Assembly (NCBI GenBank): GCA_965217775.1
Contig: CBDCJH010000002.1
Span: 4,512,001-4,576,000 of the forward strand
DNA length: 64,000 nucleotides
Origin: Acidobacteriota bacterium
Lineage (GTDB): Bacteria > Acidobacteriota > UBA6911 > RPQK01 > JAJDTT01
Direction of reading: 5' to 3'
A program made the translations under genes and the position numbers. Shown one piece after another: positions 19,301 to 27,637 of the stretch. The number at the start of each line of letters is the position of its first letter. The first letter of the stretch is position 1. The notes below the pieces were generated by a model. The model had not been told where the DNA came from and did no database searches. It worked only from the letters and a program-made list of their open reading frames with translations.

Positions 19301-20040
19301 ACCGCCCCGCCCACGCGGCCGTACTCGGCCGAGTAGTTGTTGGTGATGACCTTGAACTCCTGCACCGTCTCCGGCGTCGGCTGCACCGTGGGCCGCTGCG
19401 TGATGTAGCCCATGTTGTTGGAGCCGTCCAACTGGATCTGGTTGGAATGCGAATAGAGGCCGTTGAAGGTGGGATAGCCGCCGCCGTAGGCGTAGAGGGC
19501 GGTGTAGCCGATCTCCTGCCGCTCCTGCGTTCCGCCCGTGGTCAGGTAGGCCAACTTCACCATGTCGCGGCCCGCCAGAGGAAGATCCAGGATCTTCTTT
19601 TCTTCGATGACCGCCGCCACCTCGGCATTGTCGGTGTCGATGATGGTGGACTGTCCCGTGACCGTCACCTGCTCGGAGATGTCACCGGGTTCCATGACGA
19701 GATCCACCCGGGATACGGTCTGGACCTCGAGACGAATGCCCAGAGAGGCCGCCTTCTTGAAGCCGGGCAACTCCGCCGAGACATCGTAGAAACCGGGGAT
19801 CAACTTGTCGATGACGTAGTCACCGCGGTCGTTGGTCACCGCCATGTGCGGGATGTTGGTCGCTGTGGCCGTGGCCGTGATCTCTACCCCTGGCACCACC
19901 GCTCCGGTCTGGTCCCTGATGGTTCCCAGCAACCGGGAAAATGTGGCCGCCTGTCCGTAGGCCAGCGGCGCCGCAAGCGCATGCACCACGAGCACCAGAC
20001 ACGCTGCCGCCAACCACAGAGACTTACTCCTGTAGTTCAT
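16393..20040 (-). CDS. TonB-dependent receptor, tandem paralog 2 (1215 aa)
   Basis: Colinear with 12161-15808. Start MNYRSK (ATG 20040, AAGGAGG RBS) gives the same 3648-nt length. Confidence 0.93.
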   Translation of the reverse strand: MNYRSKSLWLAAACLVLVVHALAAPLAYGQAATFSRLLGTIRDQTGAVVPGVEITATATATNIPHMAVTNDRGDYVIDKLIPGFYDVSAELPGFKKAASLGIRLEVQTVSRVDLVMEPGDISEQVTVTGQSTIIDTDNAEVAAVIEEKKILDLPLAGRDMVKLAYLTTGGTQERQEIGYTALYAYGGGYPTFNGLYSHSNQIQLDGSNNMGYITQRPTVQPTPETVQEFKVITNNYSAEYGRVGGAVITMLSKSGSNEFHGHAWYYFRDETLDANNFFANRSLREKLPVDYHIGGGSIGGPIIKDKTFFHGHYEKFVDDLNQAGFATVPSTAITQGDFSGAGAKGPINQLYNPFDFTGSRAEGTGKRAPFPNNQIPASMQGAVYRKVMELMPPPAPNQSGVTANNYAYPRATNTRIDKYSFRVDHQFANDDNIFGRYSWQRSPTFAHSGDLGIPGANQDGIYRYFYDRSRGYQIGISWVNPIGSNLVTEYTQSIWKFTWLIGRPIEDTNWPRVLGFDDGHNWEVYLPNGNRGGANMPRLQPDGYTRYRGGRESPLADWGLGFKYTASWRKGDHYLKFGFEHVRNLDVHYYYIPEYGNGSDTFNGFATGQLEYTPEGKYAGVTYGEGWADFLLGTPSAVSGNVLGIGENTGHFNQSHYNWFINDDWKVGPDLTLNIGLRWEQPRPPYYEGHPSGSYTTDYYYCAYDYSRVTNRIDPVEMMPKGFDIAQWQGPDGIAVPFENLPHRGCYKAKWRYFAPRFGLAWRMFGTNRTVLRAGTGLTYDQEFGILRARTMRPSAGVISLSATRGYEYPELITGKRIDLPRQRGNVNADGVLVDSNYYVCYFSELDWQEGQVYSYNLMIQHELFQGTKWEIGYVGNQGRHIREISPFNVAMPKGYVVPLVAGGTATLTGDTITAGPREWIPAENRTETSRAWTDQLARRPYPQVIPNTMLRPHGSMNYNSLQTKLERRFSDGLALAMGYTWSKAMAMNYNGNWGDWSGSRDYERHALRAPMQHDRSSTYYMSAIWVLPFFQNAGGLSKSLLGGWELTGITTLTTGAPFRVYYSTDLWNQGRRSRRYTDRIRDGNLGGGATVERWYDTSAFTAPGVENPNVSGQRIMDTSLCGGAGFCHESARRALGNGAPYPLRYDGVPVVDLSLHKNFALGEERVFDVRADFFNAFNHAIFNAPNGNHSSSAVGRVTSAATARQIQIGFRFSF

Positions 20041-20317
20041 TCCTGTTCCCTCCTTGAAGCTCAAAAGGCTTCGAACTTCCGGCCGTTCATACCGGAAGAA
20101 CGCTCCGTGAGCGCTAATGTTGAGAAGTTTGTACAGGATTCGATTTGGGGAGTCAAACAATAAGGAGATAACGATTTAGGACCGAGTCAGACGGGCTCGG
20201 ACGGCCGCGGCAGGATAATTATTCGTTGGCTTCTTCGCCAACCTGACGCCTCCTCTTTTCTCTTTCCTCACCTCTCGTGGGCACCTTCTTTACTCTTTCA
20301 AATGATCCAGTCACCCT

Positions 20318-20518
20318 TCATGATCGGCCGTCATGCTCCGAACCGGGGTGGCGCAACTCGTCAATTGCCGCCTCGAACCCGTCGTCCTCTTCACCCGGCC
20401 AAGTGCCAAACAGAGCCCGGACGTCCGCCAACGGTTGCACGTCCTGCGAGTGCGACAAATCTTCCAGTGAAGGTGATTCCCAAAACGATTGTGATTTCGG
20501 ATCGTCAGCGTTCGACAT
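20318..20518 (-). CDS. Small acidic hypothetical protein (antitoxin-like)
   Basis: MSNADDPKSQSFWESPSLEDL...LFGTWPGEEDDGFEAAIDELR. Its start overlaps the stop of the TPR gene. Confidence 0.5.
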   Translation of the reverse strand: MSNADDPKSQSFWESPSLEDLSHSQDVQPLADVRALFGTWPGEEDDGFEAAIDELRHPGSEHDGRS

Positions 20519-22907
20519 AGGGCTTTCGCTCGCGGTAGAGGTCCAGCCGTTCCTGCAGTAACCGTCCCAGCGGGTTCCCGGGACGGGTGGATGCCAACCG
20601 GATCGCCTTCCGGGCCGTGGCGACGGCTTGATCGAAGTCCCCCCCGGCGGCATAGGCTGCCGCCAGGACGTCCAGCATGCGAGGGTCCTGCTCCCGGGTC
20701 ATCCGGACCACTCTGCGACCGATACGGACCGCGTCCTGCGGACGGCGCCGGGATGGATCGGGGTGAGTGGCCAGGATCCAGGCCAGCGCCGCTTGGGGAG
20801 CGGGCCACCCGGGTTGGCGGCGGGCCGCCTCCTCCAGGTAGCGGCCGGCCTCATCGAAGCGTCCGGACATGCGGAGGGCCAAGCCCAGGTTGCCCAGGGC
20901 CTCAACCGAGTCCGGCTTCAACTCCACCGCCTTGCGGAAATGCGCCAGGGCCTCCTCCATACGGCCGCTTGCGGCCAAAAGGTTCCCCAGGTTGTTGTGG
21001 GCGTCGAAGCTGTCCGGATCGAGCCGCAGGGCATTCCGGAACTGCTCGACCGCCTCCGGCATTCGGTTCCGGGCCACCAGAGCGCGTCCCAGTCCGGTGT
21101 GTATTTCCACAGACGGGAGTCCGGTCTCCAGAGCCCGGCGAAAGTGGGTCGCCGCCGCCTTGAAGTTCCCTTCTTCCGCCAGGGCGGCGGCCAGGTTCCG
21201 ATGCGATTCCATGGAATCGGGATCGATCCGGAGCGCCTGCCGGAAATGCCGGACCGCCTCGGGCCGCCTCCCCGTGGATTGGAGGACCACCGCCAGGTTG
21301 TTGTGGGCCCGGGCCTGCCGTGGCTTCAGCTCCAGCGTCTTCCGGTACCAGGTCACGGCTTCACTGGGCCGTTTCATCTGGTCGAAGACGTGACCCAAGT
21401 TGAAGTAGTAGCCCCAGAACCGGGGACTCAGGCGGATGGCCTCCTTCCACTCGTCGACGGCCTTGGACATTTCGCCGAGCCGGATGTAGCGATGGGCCAG
21501 CGTGTCGCGAAAGTTGGGATCTTCGGGATGGTCCCGAACCAGCTTTTCATAGCCCTCCACGTCGGCCAGCAGCTCCCGATGGGCGTGGTCCCGGACCAGT
21601 TGGTCCAGCCCCTTCCCGTCGGAGGCCAGGACCTGAAGCCAGAGGTCCCCCATCTCGTCCGAAGATTGGGGTCCGTAGACGACTCTCTGTGGGGGGTTGT
21701 GCGGATTGCGCAGATTATCCGCCGAATTGTCGTAGATGTACTCCATCTCCAGGGTGGTGCCGGCCGGCAACGAGATCGGGGAAGAGTAGCGGTACTCGTC
21801 CTGCCAGTTGAAATCCCAGTCCCGGATATGGACCAGCCAGCGGAGACGCCCGTCGGGCAGCCGCGCCGTCCCCTTCATCTCCCGGGCCAGGTAGTGGGCA
21901 TGGGGATAGACGCTCAGGAGCCGGGTATCCACGGGGAGGCGATAGGTGTCGCGGATCTTGTAGGCGGCGTCTCCGGCCTGGATGTCGATCACCTTGGAGC
22001 CCAGACGGAGCATGTAGGGCGTCTTGGTGGGCGGCTCCTTGGCGAAGAAGAGCCCCAGAGAGGACTGAATCGGCTCCGGCTTGCCCGTGGGCAGCATATG
22101 GAGCTGAAACACCACGTCGGTGCCGGGGTCTAGGCGCCAGGCCATGTCGGCGGGCCTCAGAAAGGGACTCTTGCCCGGCGTCCAACCCTCGAAGTGGCCG
22201 CCGGGACTGGTGGCCTGGTTGTAGAGCATGCCGTCGTAACCCGGCTCCGGGTCCTTGGCCTCGTGGGCGCGGGAGGTCCCGGTGGAGTCCACCAGGATTA
22301 CGACGTGGTGGACGATGGGGGCGTTGCCGGGACGGAACTCCACGCCTCTCACGTAACGGGTGCGGTCGACGGAACCGGGGATCACGAAGTTGCGGACCAC
22401 GTCGGGACCGTCGGCCGGGAGGGTGTAGGCCTGCGGCATCCGGATGACCAGGTCGGGCTCGCCCAGTTGCCAGCCCTGGGGCCATTCGGGTGGAGCGGGC
22501 AGGTCCGCCGGGTCCCCTTCCAGCAGCTCTTCTCGCAGCCAATTCTGGAGCAGCTCCAGTTCCCGGACGGTGAGACGCCGGTTCCCGACGAAGCGGCCCC
22601 TTCCCGTCTCGGGCAGCCAGGGCGGCATGTAGCGGTTGCGCGTGACCACCTCGATCTGGTTCGCCCGCGCCTTGACCTCCTCGTAGGTCAGGAGGCTGAA
22701 GGGGGCCACCTGCCCGGGCCGGTGGCAGGGAGCACAGCGCTTGTGGACGATGGGGGCGACGTCCCGGTTGAAGGTGACGGGTCCGGTGGGCTCCTGGGAG
22801 GGGTCGGGGGGACTGCAGGCTGCGAGGAGAACCGTCAGGCCGAGGCCGATCAGACGGGGCGGGAGGCGGGTGGATTCGAGATTTCTAACGGCACGGGGGG
22901 ATTGCAT
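20505..22907 (-). CDS. Lipoprotein: cytochrome c + copper type II (PHM/DBH-like) monooxygenase + TPR repeats
   Basis: Lipobox LLAAC, CAPCH heme motif, Cu ligands VHH, H, HAH, DEM, and many TPRs (AHNNLA/AHNNLG). Confidence 0.8.
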   Translation of the reverse strand: MQSPRAVRNLESTRLPPRLIGLGLTVLLAACSPPDPSQEPTGPVTFNRDVAPIVHKRCAPCHRPGQVAPFSLLTYEEVKARANQIEVVTRNRYMPPWLPETGRGRFVGNRRLTVRELELLQNWLREELLEGDPADLPAPPEWPQGWQLGEPDLVIRMPQAYTLPADGPDVVRNFVIPGSVDRTRYVRGVEFRPGNAPIVHHVVILVDSTGTSRAHEAKDPEPGYDGMLYNQATSPGGHFEGWTPGKSPFLRPADMAWRLDPGTDVVFQLHMLPTGKPEPIQSSLGLFFAKEPPTKTPYMLRLGSKVIDIQAGDAAYKIRDTYRLPVDTRLLSVYPHAHYLAREMKGTARLPDGRLRWLVHIRDWDFNWQDEYRYSSPISLPAGTTLEMEYIYDNSADNLRNPHNPPQRVVYGPQSSDEMGDLWLQVLASDGKGLDQLVRDHAHRELLADVEGYEKLVRDHPEDPNFRDTLAHRYIRLGEMSKAVDEWKEAIRLSPRFWGYYFNLGHVFDQMKRPSEAVTWYRKTLELKPRQARAHNNLAVVLQSTGRRPEAVRHFRQALRIDPDSMESHRNLAAALAEEGNFKAAATHFRRALETGLPSVEIHTGLGRALVARNRMPEAVEQFRNALRLDPDSFDAHNNLGNLLAASGRMEEALAHFRKAVELKPDSVEALGNLGLALRMSGRFDEAGRYLEEAARRQPGWPAPQAALAWILATHPDPSRRRPQDAVRIGRRVVRMTREQDPRMLDVLAAAYAAGGDFDQAVATARKAIRLASTRPGNPLGRLLQERLDLYRERKPYVER

Positions 22908-22964
22908 TTCCGTTGATCAGTTTACTACCAGGCTGGCGAGGCTTTCAGGGGGGGTGGGAGTAGA

Positions 22965-23060
22965 GGGTGTAGAGTGGGGACTAGCGTCCCCCCTTGACCC
23001 CCCGACAGGGCGACAAGAAAGTCGCCTGCTATTCGGCGACAAGAAAGTCGCCACGCCTAC
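22965..23060. repeat. REP-like hairpin cluster
   Basis: GTAGAGTGGGGACTAGCGTCCCC and 2 x GGCGACAAGAAAGTCGCC. Confidence 0.6.
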
Positions 23061-24287
23061 TTGGCGTCTCTTTCTTTCAGGTGGAGCCAGATCATGGAGA
23101 TGAGGCCCAGCAGGCCCAGGATTGAGGAGACGCCGAAGACCCAGGAACCCAGGCCGGCCTGGCTGAAGAGCCAGGCGCCCACCAGGGGCGCCGCCAGACC
23201 CCGGAAGCCGGTCAGCGCCACGTGGACGGTGTTGTAGAGAACCACCTGCCGGGGACGGGCGAAGTAGAGCGATCCGGTGGTCCAGACGATCTGATTCCCG
23301 CTGTTGGTCACGCCCTGGATCAGGCTGCCCACCAGGAAGGGCCAGATCAGCAGGTGCAACCCGCCGAAACAGTAGAGGGCGTTGACGGCGGCCATGAAGA
23401 AACTGAAGACGGCGCGCCCCTGCATGGGATTCACGCGGTCCAGGAAGCGGCCCCAGAGGGGCGAGGAGACGGGCTGGAGGACCTGGGGCAGGACCGCCAC
23501 GGCCAGTCCCATGGCCCACACCGGCGCGTCGAGGGACTCCCGCATGACCTCGGCCACCAGCACCATGGACATGAAGTTCCCCCAACCCGTGGAGAAGAAG
23601 GCCGCCTCGTACAAGAGGAAGCTCCGGTCCGAAAGGAGGGCCTTGAGCCCTTCCCTCAACGCCGTGGAGTAACGGGTGGAACCGTCGGACAGGGCCTGCG
23701 CCCGGGCCGGGATCCGGATCTTTCCGTAAAACCAGGCGGAGCAGATCAGGAGGACTCCCGCCAGAACGTAGACGATCCCGTAGAGGGCGCCGCCGGCGTC
23801 GATGAGCCAGGTTCCGGCCACGGTGGCCAATCCGCCCGCGACGAACGCGATTCCCTTGAGCCAACCCACGGCCAGTGACCGGTGGGAGTCCGGATAGAAG
23901 ATCCGGTAGAGGCTCATTTCCGTGAGGCGAGTGGGAACGGCCACCAGGTAGGCCAAGCTCACGACCAAGACGAAAGCCGTGGCGTCGGACACCAGGGCGA
24001 CACCGGCCAGGGCCACGCCGGCCACCATGTTGGGCCAGACCACCAGGCGCTGGAGACCGGCTTGGCGACCCAGATAGGCCCATCCGGGAGCCAACAGTCC
24101 CGACATGCCCCAGATGCATCCCAGGACCGTCAACTGCCAGAGTTCGCCGTCCAATACGGTCTTGAGGACGACCCAGCTCAGCGGCAGCAGGGCGACAAAG
24201 GCACCCCGGCCGATGCTGTAGAGGCTCTCGTAGTAGAGAGCCGGACGGCTGCGGTAGGGGACCGTCCGGAGGTAGCGCCGGAGCATG
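23057..24287 (-). CDS. MFS transporter
   Basis: About 12 hydrophobic helices and the WGRFLDR loop motif. Start is uncertain (MLRRYL ~24286 or MPRNP 24364). Confidence 0.8.
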
Positions 24288-24362
24288 AACCGCAGAATAC
24301 AGGAGTGCTTCTCAGATTTGGGGGGTTTTCGGGAAAGATCTGAGCCGATAGGATTACGCGGC

Positions 24363-25565
24363 ATGAGACGAGGTCTTTCCGTCGCGTGTTCAGTGTTGGT
24401 CTTGACGGTTTCGGTTGCGGTCCCGGCAGAGCGGCACAAAGTCGTGGCTCCGCCGGGGACGGGGATGGGACTTCCCTTCAGTCCGGCGATCGAGGCGGAC
24501 GGATTTCTCTATCTCTCCGGCGCCTTGGGAAATACGCCGGGGACCCGCGAGGTCAAAGGGGACATTCGGGTCCAGACTCGTCAGACTCTCAAGAATCTGG
24601 GAACCGTCCTGAAGGCGGCGGGAATGAGCTTCGCCGACGTGGTCAGCGCCAACGTGTTCCTCTCGGACACTCGCCTGTTTTCGTCGTTCAACGAAGTCTA
24701 CCGGGAGTATTTTCCCGAGAATCCGCCGGCGCGGGCCACGGTGGAAGGGGCCATCGTCTTTCCCAAGGCGGTGGTGGAGATCGCCCTGGTGGCCGCACGG
24801 CCCGAACGGGGGAAGACCATCGTCACGCCGAGCAGTTGGAAGCGTCCGGGCTCCCCATCCAGTTGGGGGGTGCTGGCCGGCGACACTTTGTTCGTCTCGG
24901 GCATCATCAGCAGCGATCCGGTCACCGGGAAGTCGAAGGCTGGCGACGTCTCTTCCCAGACCCGCACCGTGCTGGAGAATGTCGGGGCCATCCTGCGGGA
25001 GGCCGGAATGGACTATGGGGACGTGGTCTCCTCCAAGGTCTTTCTGGCCGATTCGCGCGACTTTTCCGAAATGAACCGGGTCTACCGCTCCTTCTTCCCC
25101 AAAGACCCTCCGGCCCGGGCCACCAGCCAGACCAGGCTCATGCACCAGGATTGGAAGGTGGAGATCCAGTGCGTCGCGGTGCGGGGAGGCGCCCGGCAGG
25201 TGGTGGCCGCGGCGGGCGAACCCCTTCCGGCCAGTCCCTACTCCCCGGGAATCCGAGCCGGCGGACGGCTCTACCTGGCGGGTATGGTGGGCCGGGGAAA
25301 GACCGGCTGGGCCGACGGGATCGAGGCCCAGACCCGGCAGACCCTGGAGAATCTCCATGCGGTCCTGACCCAGGCGGGACTGGACTTCGGCCACGTGGTG
25401 GAAGCCACCGTCTATTTGTCCGACATCCGCTATTACGGCCAGATGAATCAAGTCTACAAGACGGTCTTCCCCGGAGCGCCTCCGGCCCGGGCCACCTTCG
25501 GCTCGGTGCTGATGTCTCCCGATGCCCTGGTGGAGATCATGATGACGGCCCACGAGGCTCCGTAA
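24363..25565 (+). CDS. Exported triple-domain RidA/YjgF family protein
   Basis: Signal peptide MRRGLSVACSVLVLTVSVAVPA, then three domains each with QTRxxLxN and PPARAT. Confidence 0.85.
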   Translation: MRRGLSVACSVLVLTVSVAVPAERHKVVAPPGTGMGLPFSPAIEADGFLYLSGALGNTPGTREVKGDIRVQTRQTLKNLGTVLKAAGMSFADVVSANVFLSDTRLFSSFNEVYREYFPENPPARATVEGAIVFPKAVVEIALVAARPERGKTIVTPSSWKRPGSPSSWGVLAGDTLFVSGIISSDPVTGKSKAGDVSSQTRTVLENVGAILREAGMDYGDVVSSKVFLADSRDFSEMNRVYRSFFPKDPPARATSQTRLMHQDWKVEIQCVAVRGGARQVVAAAGEPLPASPYSPGIRAGGRLYLAGMVGRGKTGWADGIEAQTRQTLENLHAVLTQAGLDFGHVVEATVYLSDIRYYGQMNQVYKTVFPGAPPARATFGSVLMSPDALVEIMMTAHEAP

Positions 25566-25617
25566 CGAACTTCGGGGGAGGGCTTCGGAGCGGAATTCAC
25601 TCTTCGCGAGGTGACAG

Positions 25618-26235
25618 GTGAAAGCGACGATCCTCTCCTTCTCCGGCAAACAGGATCTGCTCGAGGGCTTGGTCGGCGCCGGGGCCATCCTGTTGGGAGC
25701 GGAAGTGCAGCGCCGTTACGGCCTGCGAACTCCCGTTTTCATCGATCTTCGAACCGCCGTCTACACCGATCTGGCTCTCTTCTCACTTCTGGGCTCCAGT
25801 TTCGCCGAGATCCTGGAGAGATGGTCGACGCCCGAGACGCCCCAACAGGTGATCGGAGTCCCGGACACTGGCATCCCTCTCGCCACGGCGACCTCCCTGG
25901 CCAGCCTCCGGGAAGGGCGGGAACCCTTCATCACGCTCTCGGTGTTGCGAAAGCAGGCGCGAGTCTATCCCGGCGAGATCGTCTCCGAATTCGTGGGCAG
26001 GCCGGACCCGAGCCGGGAAGCCAATCTGATCGACGACGTCATCGCGTCCGGAGGCAGCCTTCGGCGGGCGGTGACACGCCTGAATGAATTGGAGATCCCG
26101 GTCGGACGCATCGTGGTCTGCGTCGACCGGGAGCAGGGGGGCGTCGACGCTCTGGCCGACCTGGGGATTCCCATCTACGCCCTGTTCAATCTCGCGGAGA
26201 TCGGAGCCTTTTGCAAGGAGCGGAAGCTGATCTGA
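25618..26235 (+). CDS. pyrE: Orotate phosphoribosyltransferase-like protein
   Basis: PVFIDLR, LRKQ, PRPP loop LIDDVIASGGS, VDREQGG. Confidence 0.7.
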   Translation: MKATILSFSGKQDLLEGLVGAGAILLGAEVQRRYGLRTPVFIDLRTAVYTDLALFSLLGSSFAEILERWSTPETPQQVIGVPDTGIPLATATSLASLREGREPFITLSVLRKQARVYPGEIVSEFVGRPDPSREANLIDDVIASGGSLRRAVTRLNELEIPVGRIVVCVDREQGGVDALADLGIPIYALFNLAEIGAFCKERKLI

Positions 26236-26253
26236 GGAGCTTTCCCACCGGCC

Positions 26254-26426
26254 GGAGCGGCGGTTTCCAGCCGCCGACAGGAGGGGCGGTTTCCAGCCGC
26301 CCCGGAACAGCGGTTTCCAGCCGCCGACGGGAGGGGCGGTTTCCAGCCGCCCCGGAACAGCGGTTTCCAGCCGCCGACGGGAGGGGCGGTTTCCAGCCGC
26401 CCCGGAACAGCGGTTTCCAACCGCCG
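26254..26426. repeat. Tandem REP-like palindrome array (7 x GCGGTTTCCAGCCGC)
   Basis: Alternating linkers give a 50-bp period. The same hairpin occurs at 47284, 56990 and 63745. Confidence 0.9.
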
Positions 26427-26494
26427 GACTCCCATTCACGTTGGAAAACGAAAGATTGGGGGACAAGAATGTCCCCTCCGGTATCTGTGGGGGA

Positions 26495-26647
26495 CTATGA
26501 CTTGTCTTGGATTGGCCGGTTCCCGGGGCTGGAATCGGAGCCCTGCTTCTTCTTCAGTTGAAGGTAAGCTCCCGTGCAATACCCGCCGACGCAGGAGGCC
26601 AACACGGCTCCGAACCAGGCAATTCCGATCAGGATGTCATTGATCAT
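26495..26647 (-). CDS. 50-aa single-TM microprotein (not in ORF track)
   Basis: MINDILIGIAWFGAVLASCVGGYCTGAYLQLKKKQG...*. ATGA overlap with the upstream small gene. Confidence 0.5.
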   Translation of the reverse strand: MINDILIGIAWFGAVLASCVGGYCTGAYLQLKKKQGSDSSPGNRPIQDKS

Positions 26648-26835
26648 CTCTTCTCTTCCGGACGGGTCATCAATATCCAGACAATGAAGCCCGACAATAC
26701 CACGAAAGGGCTGAGAACATTCTTGGCCTCTTCGTTCTGACCGGTGAACAGGAAGCAGACCAGCGTCACCAGGACCAACAGAAAAATCCCCGTGATCACG
26801 AAAAGAATGACGAACAGAATCGAATTCTTGTCCAT
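26644..26835 (-). CDS. 63-aa two-TM membrane microprotein
   Basis: MDKNSILFVILFVITGIFLLVLVTLVCFLF...FVVLSGFIVWILM. Confidence 0.55.
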   Translation of the reverse strand: MDKNSILFVILFVITGIFLLVLVTLVCFLFTGQNEEAKNVLSPFVVLSGFIVWILMTRPEEKR

Positions 26836-26912
26836 TACCCGCTCAGTCCATGGTTCAGCCCTGCTTGCCGGCGCATGACAAGAATGGTCACGGCCTACTG
26901 ACCACAACGAAG

Positions 26913-27554
26913 TCATTCCGAAAACCGTTGAAGGCGTTCCCAGTCGGCGGGTGTGTTCACGTTGAGGAAACCCTCGTCCGGCAGATCCCACGCCTGTGCC
27001 GAAAGAACGTGAACCCGCAGATCCTTCGATTCCAACACGGAGTCGACCCGGCGGGCGCCGGCTTCCAGGAGTCTTCGGATCGGGTCGGCAGCAGCACGAG
27101 AATAGTAGGCGCACAGGGGATGGAGCCCGCCCTTGGAGTCCCGGGGAACCACTACGTCGAAATCGCAGCCGATCTTGACCAGGACCCGGTAGAGCCGGGG
27201 GGAGACCAAGGGCGTGTCGCAGGGAATGAAGTAATTGTCCCGGGAACGGGAAGCGGTCAATGCAGTGTATACGGCCGCCAAGGGACCCGCCCCGGAAACC
27301 CGGTCCACCAACACGGGCAAGCCCAAGCTCCGAAACCGCTCTCTGGAGTCGGCCACGATGGTGACAGGCAGGCCCACCGACTCCAGACAGCGCCGCGAGA
27401 CCTCGATCAGGGGGGATCCCCGGTATCGCAGGAAAGCCTTGTCCCGCCCCAGCCGCCCGCTCTTCCCCCCGGCCAGGATGAATCCCTCACCGTTCAGGGG
27501 AATCTCCGGCAGGTTCGGGTCGGTCGAAACGCTCATCCTCGAGTCGCCAGGCAT
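26913..27554 (-). CDS. mobA: Molybdenum cofactor guanylyltransferase
   Basis: ILAGGKSGRLGRDKA, GPLAA, PCDTP, HPLCAYY, NVNTPAD. Confidence 0.9.
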   Translation of the reverse strand: MPGDSRMSVSTDPNLPEIPLNGEGFILAGGKSGRLGRDKAFLRYRGSPLIEVSRRCLESVGLPVTIVADSRERFRSLGLPVLVDRVSGAGPLAAVYTALTASRSRDNYFIPCDTPLVSPRLYRVLVKIGCDFDVVVPRDSKGGLHPLCAYYSRAAADPIRRLLEAGARRVDSVLESKDLRVHVLSAQAWDLPDEGFLNVNTPADWERLQRFSE

Positions 27555-27637
27555 TTCAGGAAATCATCAAGTGCGAGTGCCATTCTCAGCGCAGCACAGA
27601 ACTATCACCAGCGGCTGTTAGGATATTGCACTGATTC

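Noticed and set aside
16471-20163. 1230-aa plus-strand ORF (also 353-2206, 12422-14305, 61561-63726 and similar)
   Set aside because: Antisense shadows of real genes in high-GC DNA with no recognisable motifs.
20041-20300. Sigma54 promoter for TonB receptor 2
   Set aside because: No correctly spaced GG-N10-GC consensus was found.
26254-26426. CRISPR-like array
   Set aside because: The linkers are ~10 bp and repeat alternately rather than being unique spacers, and there are no cas genes. It fits a REP tandem.
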